Assembly (NCBI RefSeq): GCF_964204645.1
Contig: NC_134028.1
Span: 8,928,001-8,992,000, forward strand
Direction of reading: 5' to 3'
Length of the DNA stretch: 64,000 nucleotides
Origin: Tubulanus polymorphus
Lineage: Eukaryota; Animalia; Nemertea
Under the pieces are notes generated by a model. That model worked only from the letters and a program-made list of their open reading frames with translations, ran no database searches and was not told where the DNA came from. This document shows, piece by piece, positions 1 to 13,100 of the stretch. Positions within the stretch are counted from its first letter, which is position 1. Each line of letters opens with the position of its first letter. The translations under genes and the position numbers were made by a program.

Positions 1-105
1 AAGGCATGAAAGTTGGAGATTTTGTGGCTTTTCGAAAGGATGATATATTGGTTGTTCAGTGGAAGGACAAAAGAGTTATCACCATGATAACCAATGGCCA
101 CAGAT
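1..105 (+). pseudogene. piggyBac (PGBD4-like) transposase internal fragment
   Basis: Reads GMKVGDFVAFRKDDILVVQWKDKRVITMITNGH, containing the W-x-D-K-R-x-I motif of piggyBac transposases. Cut off by the TIR at 106. Confidence 0.7.
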
Positions 106-902
106 CACGTTGACTGCCACTCAAAAAATTTTTTTTCTCAACATTGCCAATTTCACCAATCAACGAAAAGTAGGCGGAAACCACATACATTGATTTTTAT
201 TGCATTTAATGCATGTATTACACCTATTATATGGTGAAAACAGAGTTGAATCGAGTCTTGTAGTTGGCAGTGGGGGTAAACGTTTTATACCAGTTGCCAG
301 CTACGAGACTCGTTCCCCCTCCCCTAAACCCAGATGTTCCAGCAGCATTTCACTATCTTGCATGTGTTCCCCCATCAGATAGAAAGCAATACCCAACAAA
401 GCCATGTCGCATTTGCAGAAGAGATGGTAACCGCAAAGAAACACGTTACGTTTGTGATGTCTGTCCTGGAAAACCAGCATTATGTGTAACCCCTTGTTTC
501 AGGAGATACCATGTACAAAACTAAAGAAATGCCATGACAACAATGCTATAATTTCTATCGTACTATGTTTATTATCGATTCACAGTGAGGTGAATCATTT
601 CTTTCCACTTAGGAAAGGTATTTGATGCCTTATAAACTTTGATGTGAAAATAATCACGTAATATAATTTGATTTTTTAGATGTTCATAAATAAATAAAGA
701 ATTGATAAAAAAAGTTAGTTATTGATTTTTTAAAAATTACTTGTTTATCTGAGTTGCCAGACTTCGATTTATGTTGTTATCCACATTGCCAAACAGAAAA
801 AAAATGAATTCATTCACTCCGGGCTTACTACGAGATATCTCGTAGTGGCAAGGAGCGGTACACCTGCTACTACGAGATATCTCGTAGATGGCAGTCAACG
901 TG
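106..902 (+). mobile_element. Internally deleted non-autonomous piggyBac element
   Basis: Perfect 14-bp TIRs: CACGTTGACTGCCA (106-119) and TGGCAGTCAACGTG (889-902). TTAA at 903-906. Retains only the C-terminal Cys-rich domain CRIC..RKETRYVCDVC..LCVTPCFRRYH (to 524). Subterminal palindromes at 827-846 and 870-887. Confidence 0.8.
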
Positions 903-906
903 TTAA

Positions 907-1058
907 TGCAATTTCCAGGCACCTAAGACACAAAAATGACATTCTGCAACAATTCTTTAAGAGAAAAGAGAAACAATTTTTTCGCACTTTTTTAAAAAAG
1001 GCGCACAGAATTTACGACAGGAGCACGTGCTCCGCGTGCTCCCGTCTAGATCCGCCCC
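907..1058. mobile_element. Probable end fragment of a hAT-type MITE
   Basis: Ends in CTAGATCCGCCCC, the same terminus type as CCTGGATCCGCCCCTG at 58061-58076. Preceded by the GC-rich palindrome GGAGCACGTGCTCC (1020-1033). Confidence 0.35.
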
Positions 1059-1291
1059 GTACAGCTACACATATAATTGATAATTCAGTCAACAGATGGC
1101 AGCACGTCATAGACAATTGTACACATGTTTCTTTCAAGTTGTGCTTGTCCTACACGAAAGCCGAGATAGCTGAATAAAGGTAGGTTAAACTATTTATTTA
1201 GTGCAGTAATACCGGTGGCATGTAAAACAGTAGTTGTAGTAGTAAATAAAAAAATACAAAGATTACAGAGGTGCAATCATAATGATTATTC

Positions 1292-2821
1292 ATGCAGTAT
1301 GTTATGAGCTATGAGCGTGATCAACAAGATGATGATGAAGAATCAGCTCCAGTATCTCATGGAAATCAGGACAGTCGAGTGATGCTGATTCAACTGCATC
1401 GGATTCTGATGACGAAGTCCCACTTAATAACCTTTGATATGAATTCACAGACAACAGATTTGTGCCTCCAGCAGATATCGAATTTCGGGGAAATCAGCAG
1501 CCCCATGTGGCAAATCCTGGTAAAACACCATACATGTACTTCAAACATATTGTTACAAATGATATCATTGCATTGTTAGTCAATGAATCAAACCGATACT
1601 CTCTGGAAAAATATGGTAGATCAATCGAATAATCCAACGATGAACTTGAAAGTTTCATGGGTGTATTTTTCATCATGGGGCTAGTCCACATGCTTAGTAT
1701 GGTATCCTATTGGGAATGTGGCACACGGTATCTTGCAGTAGCTGACAATATGAGTCGTCAGCACTTTCAGAAAATTGCACGATACTTGCAAATCGTTGCC
1801 GAAAATACTGTGTCTAATGAAGAAAAGTAAAACGATCGTATCTGGAAAATGCGGCCATGGTTAGCTCATCTTTGGGACAGACTCGCTCTCGCTGAAGCTG
1901 AGGAATATCACAGCGTAGACGAAATCATGGTCGCCTTCAAGGGCCGGTCTCTACTTCGACAATATCTTCCCAAAAAACCAAAAAAGTTTGTGTTTCAGGC
2001 TGTATCTATGATTTTGATGTCTATCAGGGGAAAGGAACTGGAAGGAATCACCAACATTGCACAGCCGTCGAAAAACTGTAGTAGGGGGGCAATGTTGTGG
2101 TGCAGCTATGTTCAAAACTTGAATCTGCTCTGAACTACTAAGTGTTTGCAGACAATTTTTTCTCGAATTTTGAAGTGGTCAATCAGCTGAAGAAGAGGAA
2201 AATTTGGTACATCGGAACTGTTCGTTCTGATTGAAATCAGATAAAGCCATGAAGCAAAGTGAAAGAGGGAGCTACCACTGCATTGTTGAGAAGAATGGAA
2301 ACAACGCACTTGTGAAGTGGCAAGATAATAAAGCTGTCACATAGATTTCAAGCTTCATTGCAATTGGCCCAGTTTCAACAGTGTGGTGGTATGACCGCAG
2401 TAAGAAAGAGCATGTCAATGTGTACAGACCAGAGTGTGTTGCCACCTACAATAAATTCATGGGTGGCGTGGATCTTGGTGATATGATGTGCAGCCTCAGC
2501 AAGTTTCGGATGCGAAGCAAAAGATGGTATATGTACATATGGTACCATACTCTGACAATGGCTGTGACAAATGCATGGTTTCTTTATCACAGAGATATAG
2601 ATATACTAGAGGAGAGACACATGCCGAAGAAGTTGTTCCAGGCACAAGTGGCAGATGCACTGTGCAAGGCGGATAAAAAACCACGTGGCAGACCCCGAAC
2701 CGCTGTTGGCCCGGAAAACAGTTGCTGTGTCGGTGGATTTAGCTTCATTAAGTGTACAAAATGCAACATCCACTTGTGCCTTACCAAATCAAACAACTGT
2801 TACACTGAATATCATGGATAA
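1292..2821 (+). pseudogene. piggyBac (PGBD3-like) transposase pseudogene
   Basis: Motifs across frameshifts and stops: SVDEIMVAFKGRSLLRQYLPKKPKK, KWQDNKAVT, YNKFMGGVDLGDMM..RSKRWY, AVTNAWFLY, C-terminal CTKCNIHLCL..NNCYTEYH. Confidence 0.9.
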
Positions 2822-3280
2822 AAAGTTATTTCTGTATCAGATATACATAGGTATAAAATAAACTGCCTAGAATCATAAATAATGTGATTGTAATTTGTTT
2901 TTTTACAAAATTTTACCCCCTTAGACCATTGTAGCACTCCCGCTACAATTTGGAAATTAGGGGCCAATGTGATTTTTGACCTATCAGTTACTCTTTTTGT
3001 ACCTCCAGAACCAACATATCAAAAGGCCATATTTTTCCTGCTGCTTGATCTAGGTGTGGTAGAGATAGGGTGAAAGTGCCCACTCTGGGATGGGAAAGGT
3101 GCCATCACACACTCTCCTTTGACAAGTTTCCTAGATTGATCTGAGCTGTAAAGGGTTTAATTCCACTCTGGGACCAGTTCCACAGGTGAAGTGGTTTTGG
3201 GTATGACGATTAACTGCCCTCTTTTTGACTCGTTTTTTAATAACTTTATCACAAAATTTTATATGATTTTATTGTTTTAT

Positions 3281-6200
3281 AGCTAATCCACAGTGTGTGT
3301 ATTTTTTACTCTGGACCCAGTTTTGCAGTTCGTCAAACTTGGTTAAGTGTTTATGTGTTTTCAATGTGCTACATGTTATTCTTTATATAAATTTTTGTAA
3401 CTCCGGAATGGTACTAGTTCGGGGAGGGCTGCGGGGTTGGGGTTAGTTTAGGGTTCTTCCTTGATTACCTTCTTTAGCTCATCATCTGTACTGGTGGCGC
3501 TTACTCCCCTAGCCAATGTACCCCAACGGTTGTTTATTTATCTTTACATTTATAATCAAATATCGAGAACCACGATTAAACTACAAAACGGTCCAGTGTA
3601 ATTCAGTGTCGAGAACCGGAATCAAACGATGAACCAGACCAGTGTAATTTAGTGTCGAGAACCACAATGAAACTATGAACCGGACCAGTGTAATTCAGTG
3701 TCGAGAACCACAATCAAACAATGAACCAGACCAGTGTAATTAATTCAGTGTCCAGAACCGCAATCAAAAGATGAAACAGACTAGTGTAATTCAGTGTCGA
3801 GAACCACAATCAAGCGATGAACCAACAAACGTAATTCGGTGTCAAGGACTGTAATTAAACGATGAACCGCCCGATGTCATTTAGTGTCGAGAAACACAAT
3901 CAAACAATGAACTGGACCGGCGAAATTCTGTGGCATAATTAAAGGATTAACCCACCTATGTAATTCAGTGTCAAGAACCGGGATTAAACCATGAACCGGA
4001 CCAATGAAATTCCGTATGGGGAACCACTATTAAACGACGAACCGACCGATGTAATTCAGAGTAAAAAACCGCCATTAAACGATGAACCGGACCTATGTAA
4101 TTCAATGTCGAGAATCACTGATAAACAATATACTGGACCAATGTAATTTAGTATGGAGAACCACTATCAAACGACGAACCGGCCTGCGTTATTCAGTGTC
4201 AAGAACCACGATTATGGGATGATCTGGAGTTGTAATTGTGTTGAGCATTTGCATAGTGGATTGAGTGGAAATAGTTTAAAGGAGTTGAAACTGTTGTGAC
4301 TATCGTTTGTTCGCATCCAACAGAATCAACAAAGACATATCATATCATTCCTGTAGGCAAATGACCAAAGTGTTTCATAGCTAATCCACAGTGTGCGTAT
4401 TTTTTACTCTGGACCCAGTTTTGCAGTTCGTCAAACTTGGTTACGTGTTTTTGTGTTTTCAATGTGCTACATGTTATTTTTCATATAAATTTTTGTAACT
4501 CCGGAATGATACTAGTTCAACGCGGGGAGGGCTGCGGGGTTGGGGTTAGTTTAGGGTTCCTCCTTGATTACCTTCTTTACCTCGTCATCTGCACTGGTGG
4601 CGCTTACTCCTCTAGCCAATGTACCCCAAGGGTTGTTTATTTATCTTTACATTTATAATCAAGTATTGAGAACCACAATTAAACTATAAAATGGACCAGT
4701 GTAATTCAGTGTCGAGACCCGGAATCAAACGATGAACCGGACCAGTGTAATTCAGTGTCGAGAACCACAATGAAACTATGAACCCGACCAGTGTAATTCA
4801 GTGTCCAGAACCGCAATGAAACGATGAAACAGACTAGTGTAATTCAGTGTCGAGAACCATAATCAACCGATGAACTGGAAAAACTTAATTCGGTGTCAAG
4901 GACCGTAATTAAACGATGAACCGCCCGATGTCATTCAGTGTCGAGAAACACAATCAAACAATGAACTGGACGAGCAAAATTAGGTGGCAAGGACCATAAT
5001 TAAAGGATGAACCGACCTATGTAATTCAGTGTCAAGAACCGCGATTAAACCATGAACCGGACCAATGAAATTCCATATGGGGAACCACTATTTAACGACG
5101 AACTGACCGATGTAATTCAGAGTAAAAAAAAACGCCATTAAACGATGAACAAGACCTATGTAATTCAATGTCGAGAATCACTGATAAACAATATACTTGA
5201 TCAATGTAATTTAGTACATAGAACCACTATCAAACGACGAACCGGCCAGCGTAATTCAGTGTCAAGAACCACGATTATAGGATGATCTGGTGTTGTAATT
5301 GTGTTGAGCATTTGCGTAGTGGATTGAGTGGAAATAGTTTAAAGGAGTTGAAACTGTTAAAGTATTATTGGTGACTATCGTTCATTCGCCTCCAACAGAA
5401 TCAACAAAGACATATCATATCACTCCTGTAGGCAAATGACCAAAGTGTTTCATAGCTAATCAACAGTGTGTGTATTTTTTACTCTGGACCCAGTTTTGCA
5501 GTTCGTCAAACTTGGTTACGTGTTTTTGTGTTTTCAATGTGCTACATGTTATTTTTCATATAAATTTTTGTAACTCCGGAATGATACTAGTTCAACGCGG
5601 GGAGGGCTGCGGGGTTGGGGTTAGTTTAGGGTTCCTCCTTGATAACCTTCTTTACCTCGTCATCTGCACTGGTGGCACTTACTCCTCTAGCCAATGTACC
5701 CCAAGGGTTGTTTATTTATCTTTACATTTATAATCAAGTATTGAGAACCACAATTAAACTATAAAACGGACCAGTGTAATTCAGTGTCGAGACCCGGAAT
5801 CAAACGATGAACCGGACCAGTGTAATTCAGTGTTGAGAACCACAATGAAACTATGAACCCGACCAGTGTAATTCAGTTTCCAGAACCGCAATCAAACGAT
5901 GAAACAGACTAGTGTAATTCAGTGTCGAGAACCATAATCAACCGATGAACCGGAAAAACGTAATTCGGTGTCAAGGTACGTAATTAAACGATGAACCGCT
6001 CGATGTCATTTAGTGTCGAGAAACACAATCAAACAATGAACTGGACGAGCAAAATTAGGTGGCAAGGACCATAATTAAAGGATGAACCGACCTATGTAAT
6101 TCAGTGTCAAGAACCGCGATTAAACCATGAACCGGACCAATGAAATTCCATATGGGGAACCACTATTTAACGACGAACTGACCGATGTAATTCAGAGTAA

Positions 6201-8580
6201 AAAAAACCGCCATTAAACGATGAACCGGACCTATGTAATTCAATGTCGAGAATCACTGATAAACAATATACTTGATCAATGTAATTTAGTACGGAGAACC
6301 ACTATCAAACGACGAACCGGCCAGCGTAATTCAGTGTCAAGAACCAGGATTATAGGATGATCTGGAGTTGTAATTGTGTTGAGCATTTGCGTAGTGGATT
6401 GAGTGGAAATAGTTTAAAGGAGTTGAAACTGTTAAAGTATTATTGGTGACTATCGTTCATTCGCCTCCAACAGAATCAACAAAGACATATCATATCACTC
6501 CTGTAGGCAAATGACCAAAGTGTTTCATAGCTAATCAACAGTGTGTGTATTTTTTACTCTGGACCCAGTTTTGCAGTTCGTCAAACTTGGTTACCTGTTT
6601 TTGTGTTTTCAATGTGCTACATGTTATTTTTCATATAAATTTTTGTAACTCCGGAATGATACTAGTTCAACGCGGGGAGGGCTGCGGGTTTGGGTTAGTT
6701 TAGGGTTCCTCCTTGATAACCTTCTTTACCTCGTCATCTGCACTGGTGGCGCTTACTCCTCTAGCCAATGTACCCCAAGGGTTGTTTATTTATCTTTACA
6801 TTTATAATCAAGTATTGAGAACCACAATTAAACTATAAAACGGACCAGTGTAATTCGGTGTCGAGACCCGGAATCAAACGATGAACCGGACCAGTGTAAT
6901 TCAGTGTTGAGAACCACAATGAAACTATGAACCCGACCAGTGTAATTCAGTGTCCAGAACCGCAATCTAACGATGAAACAGACTAGTGTAATTCAGTGTC
7001 GAGAACCATAATCAACCGATGAACCGGAAAAACGTAATTCGGTGTCAAGGACCGTAATTAGACGATGAACCGCTCGATGTCATTTAGTGTCGAGAAACAC
7101 AATCAAACAATGAACTGGACGAGCAAAATTAGGTGGCAAGGACCATAATTAAAGGATGAACCGACCTATGTAATTCAGTGTCAAGAACCGCGATTAAACC
7201 ATGAACCGGACCAATGAAATTCCATATGAGGAACCACTATTTAACGACGAACTGACCGATGTAATTCAGAGTAAAAAAAACCGCCATTAAACGATGAACC
7301 GGACCTATGTAATTCAATGTCGAGAATCACTGATAAACAATATACTTGACCAATGTAATTTAGTACGGAGAACCACTATCAAAGGACGAACAAGCCAGCG
7401 TAATTCAGTGTCAAGAACCACGATTATAGGATGATCTGGAGTTGTAATTGTGTTGAGCATTTGCGTAGTGGATTGAGTGGAAATAGTTTAAAGGAGTTGA
7501 AACTGTTAAAGTATTATTGGTGACTATCGTTCGTTCGCCTCCAACAGAATCAACAAAGACTTATCATATCACTCCTGTAGGCAAATGACCAAAGTGTTTC
7601 ATAGCTAATCAACAGTGTGTGTATTTTTTACTCTGGACCCAGTTTTGCAGTTCGTCAAAGTTGTTTACGTATTTTTGTGTTTTCAATGTGCTACATGTTA
7701 TTTTTTATATAATTTTTTGTAACTCCGGAATGGAACTAGTTCAACGCGGGGAGGGCTGCGGGTTTGGGTTAGTTTAGGGTTCCTCCTTGATTACCTTCTT
7801 TAGCTCATCATCTGTACTGGTGGCGCTTACTCCCCTAGCCAATGTACCCCAAGGGTTGTTTATTTATCTTTACATTTATAATCAAGTATCGAGAACCACG
7901 ATTAAACTATAAAACGGACCAGTGTAATTCAGTGTCGAGAACCGGAATCAAACGATGAACCAGACCAGTGTAATTTAGTGTCGAGAACCACAATGAAACT
8001 ATGAACCCGACCAGTGTAATTCAGTGTCGAGAACCACAATCAAAGGATGAAACAGACTAGTGTAATTCAGTGTCGAGAACCACAATCAACCGATGAACCG
8101 GACAAACGTAATTCGGTGTCAAGGACTGTAATTAAATGGTGAACCGTCCGATGTCAGTGTCGAGAAACACATTCAAACAATGGACTGGACCAGCGAAATT
8201 CTGTGGCAAGGACCATAATTAAAGGATGAACCGACCTATGTAATTCAGTGTCAAGAACTGCGATTAAACCATGAACCGGACCAATGAAATTCCGTATGGG
8301 GAACCACTATTAAAAAACCGCCATTAAACGAGAATCGGACCTATGTAATTCAATGTCGAGAATCACTGATAAACGATATACTGGACCAATGTAATTCAGT
8401 ATGGAGAACCACTATCAAATGACGAACCGGCCAGCGTAATTCAGTGTCAAGAACCACGATTATAGGATGATCTGGAGTTGTAATTGTGTTGAGCATTTGT
8501 GCAGTGGATTGAGTGGAAATAGTTTAAAGGAGTTTAAAGAAGACATATCATATCACTCCTGTAGGCAAATGACCAAAGTG
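3281..8580. repeat. Higher-order tandem repeat: 5 x ~1.08-kb units, each holding ~13 diverged 46-bp subunits
   Basis: Unit starts (AGCTAAT) at 3281, 4379, 5454, 6529 and 7603. Subunit consensus CCAGTGTAATTCAGTGTCGAGAACCACAATCAAACGATGAACCGGA with period 46 (4696, 4742, 4788). Confidence 0.95.
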
Positions 8581-8654
8581 TATTATATGTATATAATTCT
8601 GAAAAAAGGTACTACTGGTTTAACCGATGTTGAACATAATCAAAATGTGTATTC

Positions 8655-8716
8655 TGATATAATGTATGTATAAGTTGATATAATGTATGTATAAGTTGAT
8701 ATAATATATGTATAAG
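8655..8716. repeat. 21-bp minisatellite x3
   Basis: TGATATAATGTATGTATAAGT repeated three times. Confidence 0.85.
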
Positions 8717-9560
8717 AATTTCAATTTTGTATTACGTGGTAAATCAAGTTTATGTAAATAATTTAATACGTTAAGGGGAGGGGAGATGTTGATAGATGTT
8801 TATGGATGCTTCAACTTCAGTTACTATGTGCCACATCTGGTAAACATATATTTATGTCTTGTTCTCATGAGAATAAAATCATCATCAGTCTAGTACCAAC
8901 TCTCGCCTTGTTTGGTTGCTATTAAAGGCCCACTGGAAGTATAAAAGCCCAATGTCAGAGGATGCCATATCATGTGCTGAGCTCCAGCTTAGGTACATAT
9001 TTTCCTTGTTTTCTCTAAAACTAGGTTCATTTTCACCATTGTTTTTGTCAGATAGATAAATGAATGTTGTGGGAGGCGTTATCCAATGTAATTTATACCT
9101 CAAATGCAACCAATCAGCAAAAAATTTGAATTTTGAAGTTGGATTTACTGATATTTTGAACCACTGATTGACATAAAGCTCCTTCCACTAGAGTTGGTTT
9201 CCGGTGCTGAGCCATACTTCATCAGTTGTTGTTATCAGTGTCTTGATAAACAAACCTGTCATCGCCTCAAGTGGTTCTCCATATGATGTAATGTGATCTA
9301 TCAGGCAAATATGATAATAAAGATTAAACTTTTTTTTAGCAATAATGATCAAAATGCTTTAGATATATCTTTCATTTTGTGAGCTTTTTAACGGTACCAA
9401 ATATGATATGAATATCTGGATACTAGCCTATAAAATGATCCATACAGCATTCCATAGAAAAAGTCGTGACATACCTTGAAACTATTTTATTCAATATCTA
9501 ATCCAATTCATTTAAACTACTAGAACAGAAATAATTTCCAAACTGTAATAATAAGATAAT

Positions 9561-10113
9561 TTACTTCCACTTGTGTCCCATATATGGTTGATCAGCTAAA
9601 TTTGGATACCATGCCATACCATGATGATACACATTTCAGCACACAGTCCGGTAACATATCTCTCCGTACTAAACAGCAATTTTATGATTTTCTAAAGCAT
9701 CCAGTTTTTTCGCCTTGTATCAATTGCCTGCAACTGCATCCCGGTGGAACAACATGGTCCAGAACTTTCTATACGCGATTTTTCTCGGGCGATGATTTGA
9801 TTCATTGGGGACTCCGGGCTCACATTCCCACCACATTTGTCGATGACTTTCGTCAGTTTCACACAGCCGACAATAAGTTTTCACATTCTATGGCAGACTG
9901 GTCTTGCATGATGAGAAAGTTTGTATATTCATCATCACCGCATTCCTTTGCGGAGGATGGTAGTTCATCAATATCCCAGCAGTTGAAATTGATGAAATGA
10001 CGTATGGATTCTTCCTGCACTGGTGTCGCCATTATAGCAAACTTACGCTTCTGTGAGCGATTTCCATTATTTTCTGTCTCCATATAATCATTTTCTTCGC
10101 TGGATCCTGTCAT
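9561..10113 (-). pseudogene. KolX-like accessory gene (P2X7 C-terminal ballast-like domain), degenerate
   Basis: Minus strand across frameshifts reads ECEN..CRLCETDESHRQMWW..NHRPRKIAYRKFWTML...RRDMLPDCVLKCV..WY..PN..QPYMGHKWK*. R-x-x-AYR-x-F and P-x-CV...YP...Y-x-G match the ballast-type motif as I recall it. Confidence 0.7.
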
Positions 10114-10186
10114 TATATGAATTTACGTTAGAACTTGAGCAATAAACTAACTTAGAAGGAGCAGTTATCATACGCACTGACTATAT

Positions 10187-13100
10187 GTGACCCGTGCTGG
10201 CCAAATGAGTCGGAAGTCGCAGATATACATTCTGCAGTACAGTCGATTTAACTTGAATGGCTTGAAATTTTCGAAATTTTTATTTTCACAGAATTGCATT
10301 ATTTAATAAGTTTTCCATCGGAAACACCAATCAAAACTCGTAAAATATTATTTGAAATACACTTAAATCGACTTTTAAATAGTGTCTTCATTAAATCTTT
10401 CTTAAACCAAAGCAAATTTTGTCCAAAAACCGCTATTTTCATTCGCAAAAATTTCAATCTTGCCATGGGAATACCCCAACGAAATAAATATCTACTGAAA
10501 GCTCTCGTTATCTAGTTTCTAATAATGATGCAAAGAAATTCCAAATGACATCACTGTCAGCCAATCAGAAGCGAGAATCGGGGGGATATCCCATAAACAT
10601 CTACGCTTTGTTGCTATGAAGAGGTCACCGGACGCGAATACTGCGTTCTGATTGGCCGAGCGCTCGCTTCCGTTGTAAACAGTAAGCCAATTTTACTTCC
10701 GTGTTTGAATCCTCGTGTTTATACTGAACAATTGCGCTATTAAAATGGTTTTTTTTCGCTGTTTATCATCAAGTTACGTTATCAAAAGGTCAACATCTGT
10801 CAAATCATTGTTTACAGTGACGTTTTTATTCATTATGGCGCTTTCAAAGCTACAAAATAACGACGCAATCGCCCGTCAATTGAATGAACTTTCTAGAATT
10901 AATTTGCGTGGTACTACCGGCGTGTCAGATGAACAGTTGTCGAATTTAGTAAGTGATTATTTCATTTTTGGCTCAGATGATGAGTGTTCCTCTGATGAAG
11001 AGGATGATGAGGGAGAGGAGGAAGTGTTGAACTATGATTTTTTAGCTGATGATAGTGATGATAGGACTAATGTTTTGACGGCATCTCTTCATGAAGATAA
11101 TTATCCTGTATCTGACGACGACAGTGACAGCAGCAGCACTGATGATGAAATAATTCCTCTCAACCCCGTCAATGAGGTTGCCGCAATTATTAAAAAAATG
11201 TACAGACTCCTGATTCTGTGTTCAATAACGAGGAAGAACGCATCAAAACATTTTCGTGTAATTCTAAAAGCAACAGGTGTTCGTTAGCAAATGGCGAGCC
11301 ATGTTATGGCAAACTAGACAATAACTTTGTACGGACAATGCGCATGAACATGATAAGTTTGAACGATTATGAAAAGGACTTAATTTTACTGGGGAAATTG
11401 AGCACCACAATGAATCTATCAGAAATGACGGCCAAATCCAAGCGCAAGGAGCAGTCCAAACGTAAACAGCAGCGAACTGTCTATCTAGTGGAAGGGAAAC
11501 GGCTATGCAGAGAATCCTTCAAATTTCTTCATAGGTAGGTTATTATTATTATTATCTTGTTAATCATGATGTTAAAATGTAGGCGAGAACCGATAGGCCT
11601 AAGACTAAGTTTAGGCCTACTAATTTTCTCAATTTTCAAATAAAGCTGTGCCTTGGGAATGGGAAGCCAGTAATTGATGCTAGTAATGGTTGACCGTTGT
11701 TAGAATTCAGATTCTCTAATCCGTGAATACCACTGGCTCTGGACTAAGAATGGACTAAATTTTTTGAGAGAGTGCATGAATTGAATTAGCGACGCCATTT
11801 AGGCCTAAATAGGATTTCAATGTTTTTCATGATTTAATTTGCTTTGTTTCTTTTTTCAGCATCAGCCAAAACAAACTGACGGCAGTGATAAAGTTTTACA
11901 AAGAAAACAGGCTCATTCCACGGATAAAAAAAACTATCAGCCGGCACAAGTCTAATCCGCACTACCTGAAATATGACATTCAGCGAGTAGTCTAGTTTAT
12001 CGTCAATTTCGCAGAGGCACACGCTTTAGTTCTTCCTGGTAGAGTTCCCGGATTTAAGAGATTCGACATCAAATTATTGCCATCGACAGAAACCAAGGCA
12101 TCTGTTTGGAGAAAGTATAAAGCGGCTATGGAAGTTTTGGATAAGTGTATCAAAATAAATTTCCATTATATTAGCAAACAGACTGTCCATACAAACTGTA
12201 TTCATTGTCACAGATTGCCATTAGCAACCGAAATTTTCCCATTGATGGTCAGATCTGGTCAAGCCGTGACACTAGAATTATTTATGATTGTAGGCTACAT
12301 GTATTAGTTGCGCTGTGCATAATGGTTATTATAAAAATATACTCTTTTTCAGTGGTTCTGATGCAACCTTTTTATTATTTTAAGCATTATTTACTTATCA
12401 CAACTATATGTTTGTAGGGCAACGTGCGGTGAGTGCTCACTCGTTCAGGAGATTATGGAGAAATCTTGTACCCTTCATTGTGAGAACACGTACTATGACA
12501 GATTTGTGCTGGGTCTGTCATAAAAACAACACAGCAGTGTACCATAGTGCTAACCTAGCAGAAAATCAAAAAACGCAGCGAATTAAAGAACAAGAACAGC
12601 ACCTCCTTACAGTCTCTAAGGAGCGATCAGTGTACCAGGGCTTGGTCGAGGATGCCAAACGTGCAGTTGAGGATAAAAATTGGGATCTGGGACAGCATGC
12701 GCCCTCCTCAAAAAATGTGTCGATGCACTATTCTTTTGACTACGCCCAACAAGTACATTATCCGTCGGACCCAATGCAGCCAGGGCCCATGTATTTTCTT
12801 GTACCAAGGAAGTGTGGTTTGTTTGGAACTTGCTGTGAAGCTTTCCCCAAACAAGTCAACTTTCTCATCGATGAATCTGTTTGTGTCAGCAAAGGTTCTA
12901 ATGCAGTGATCTCATATGTTGATTATTTCTTCCGTCACTATGGTTTAGGAGAGACCAGTGTTCATTTGAATTGCGACAATTGTTCCGGGCAAAACAAAAA
13001 CAATTATGTTGTGTGGTACTTCTTGTGGAGAGTAATGTGTGGTCTTCATTTCCATGTTGAGCTGCATTTTCTGATTACGGGCCATACGAAGTTCGCCCCT

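Noticed and set aside
3141-3160. AAAGGGTTTAA as the right end of the second piggyBac
   Set aside because: No matching left TIR was found and the TTAA spacing is off by one base; the ends are left undefined.
3560-8460. 46-bp periodic arrays as a CRISPR-like repeat-spacer locus
   Set aside because: The variable parts are homologous to each other rather than unique spacers, the whole array is itself repeated, there are no cas genes, and the context is eukaryotic.
3560-8460. 46-bp repeat as a repetitive protein-coding exon
   Set aside because: The period is not a multiple of 3 and stops recur in the + frames; the ORF track shows no long ORF on either strand.
9584-10000. 138-aa plus-strand ORF as a gene
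   Set aside because: It is the antisense shadow of the KolX-like pseudogene and has no recognisable motifs.
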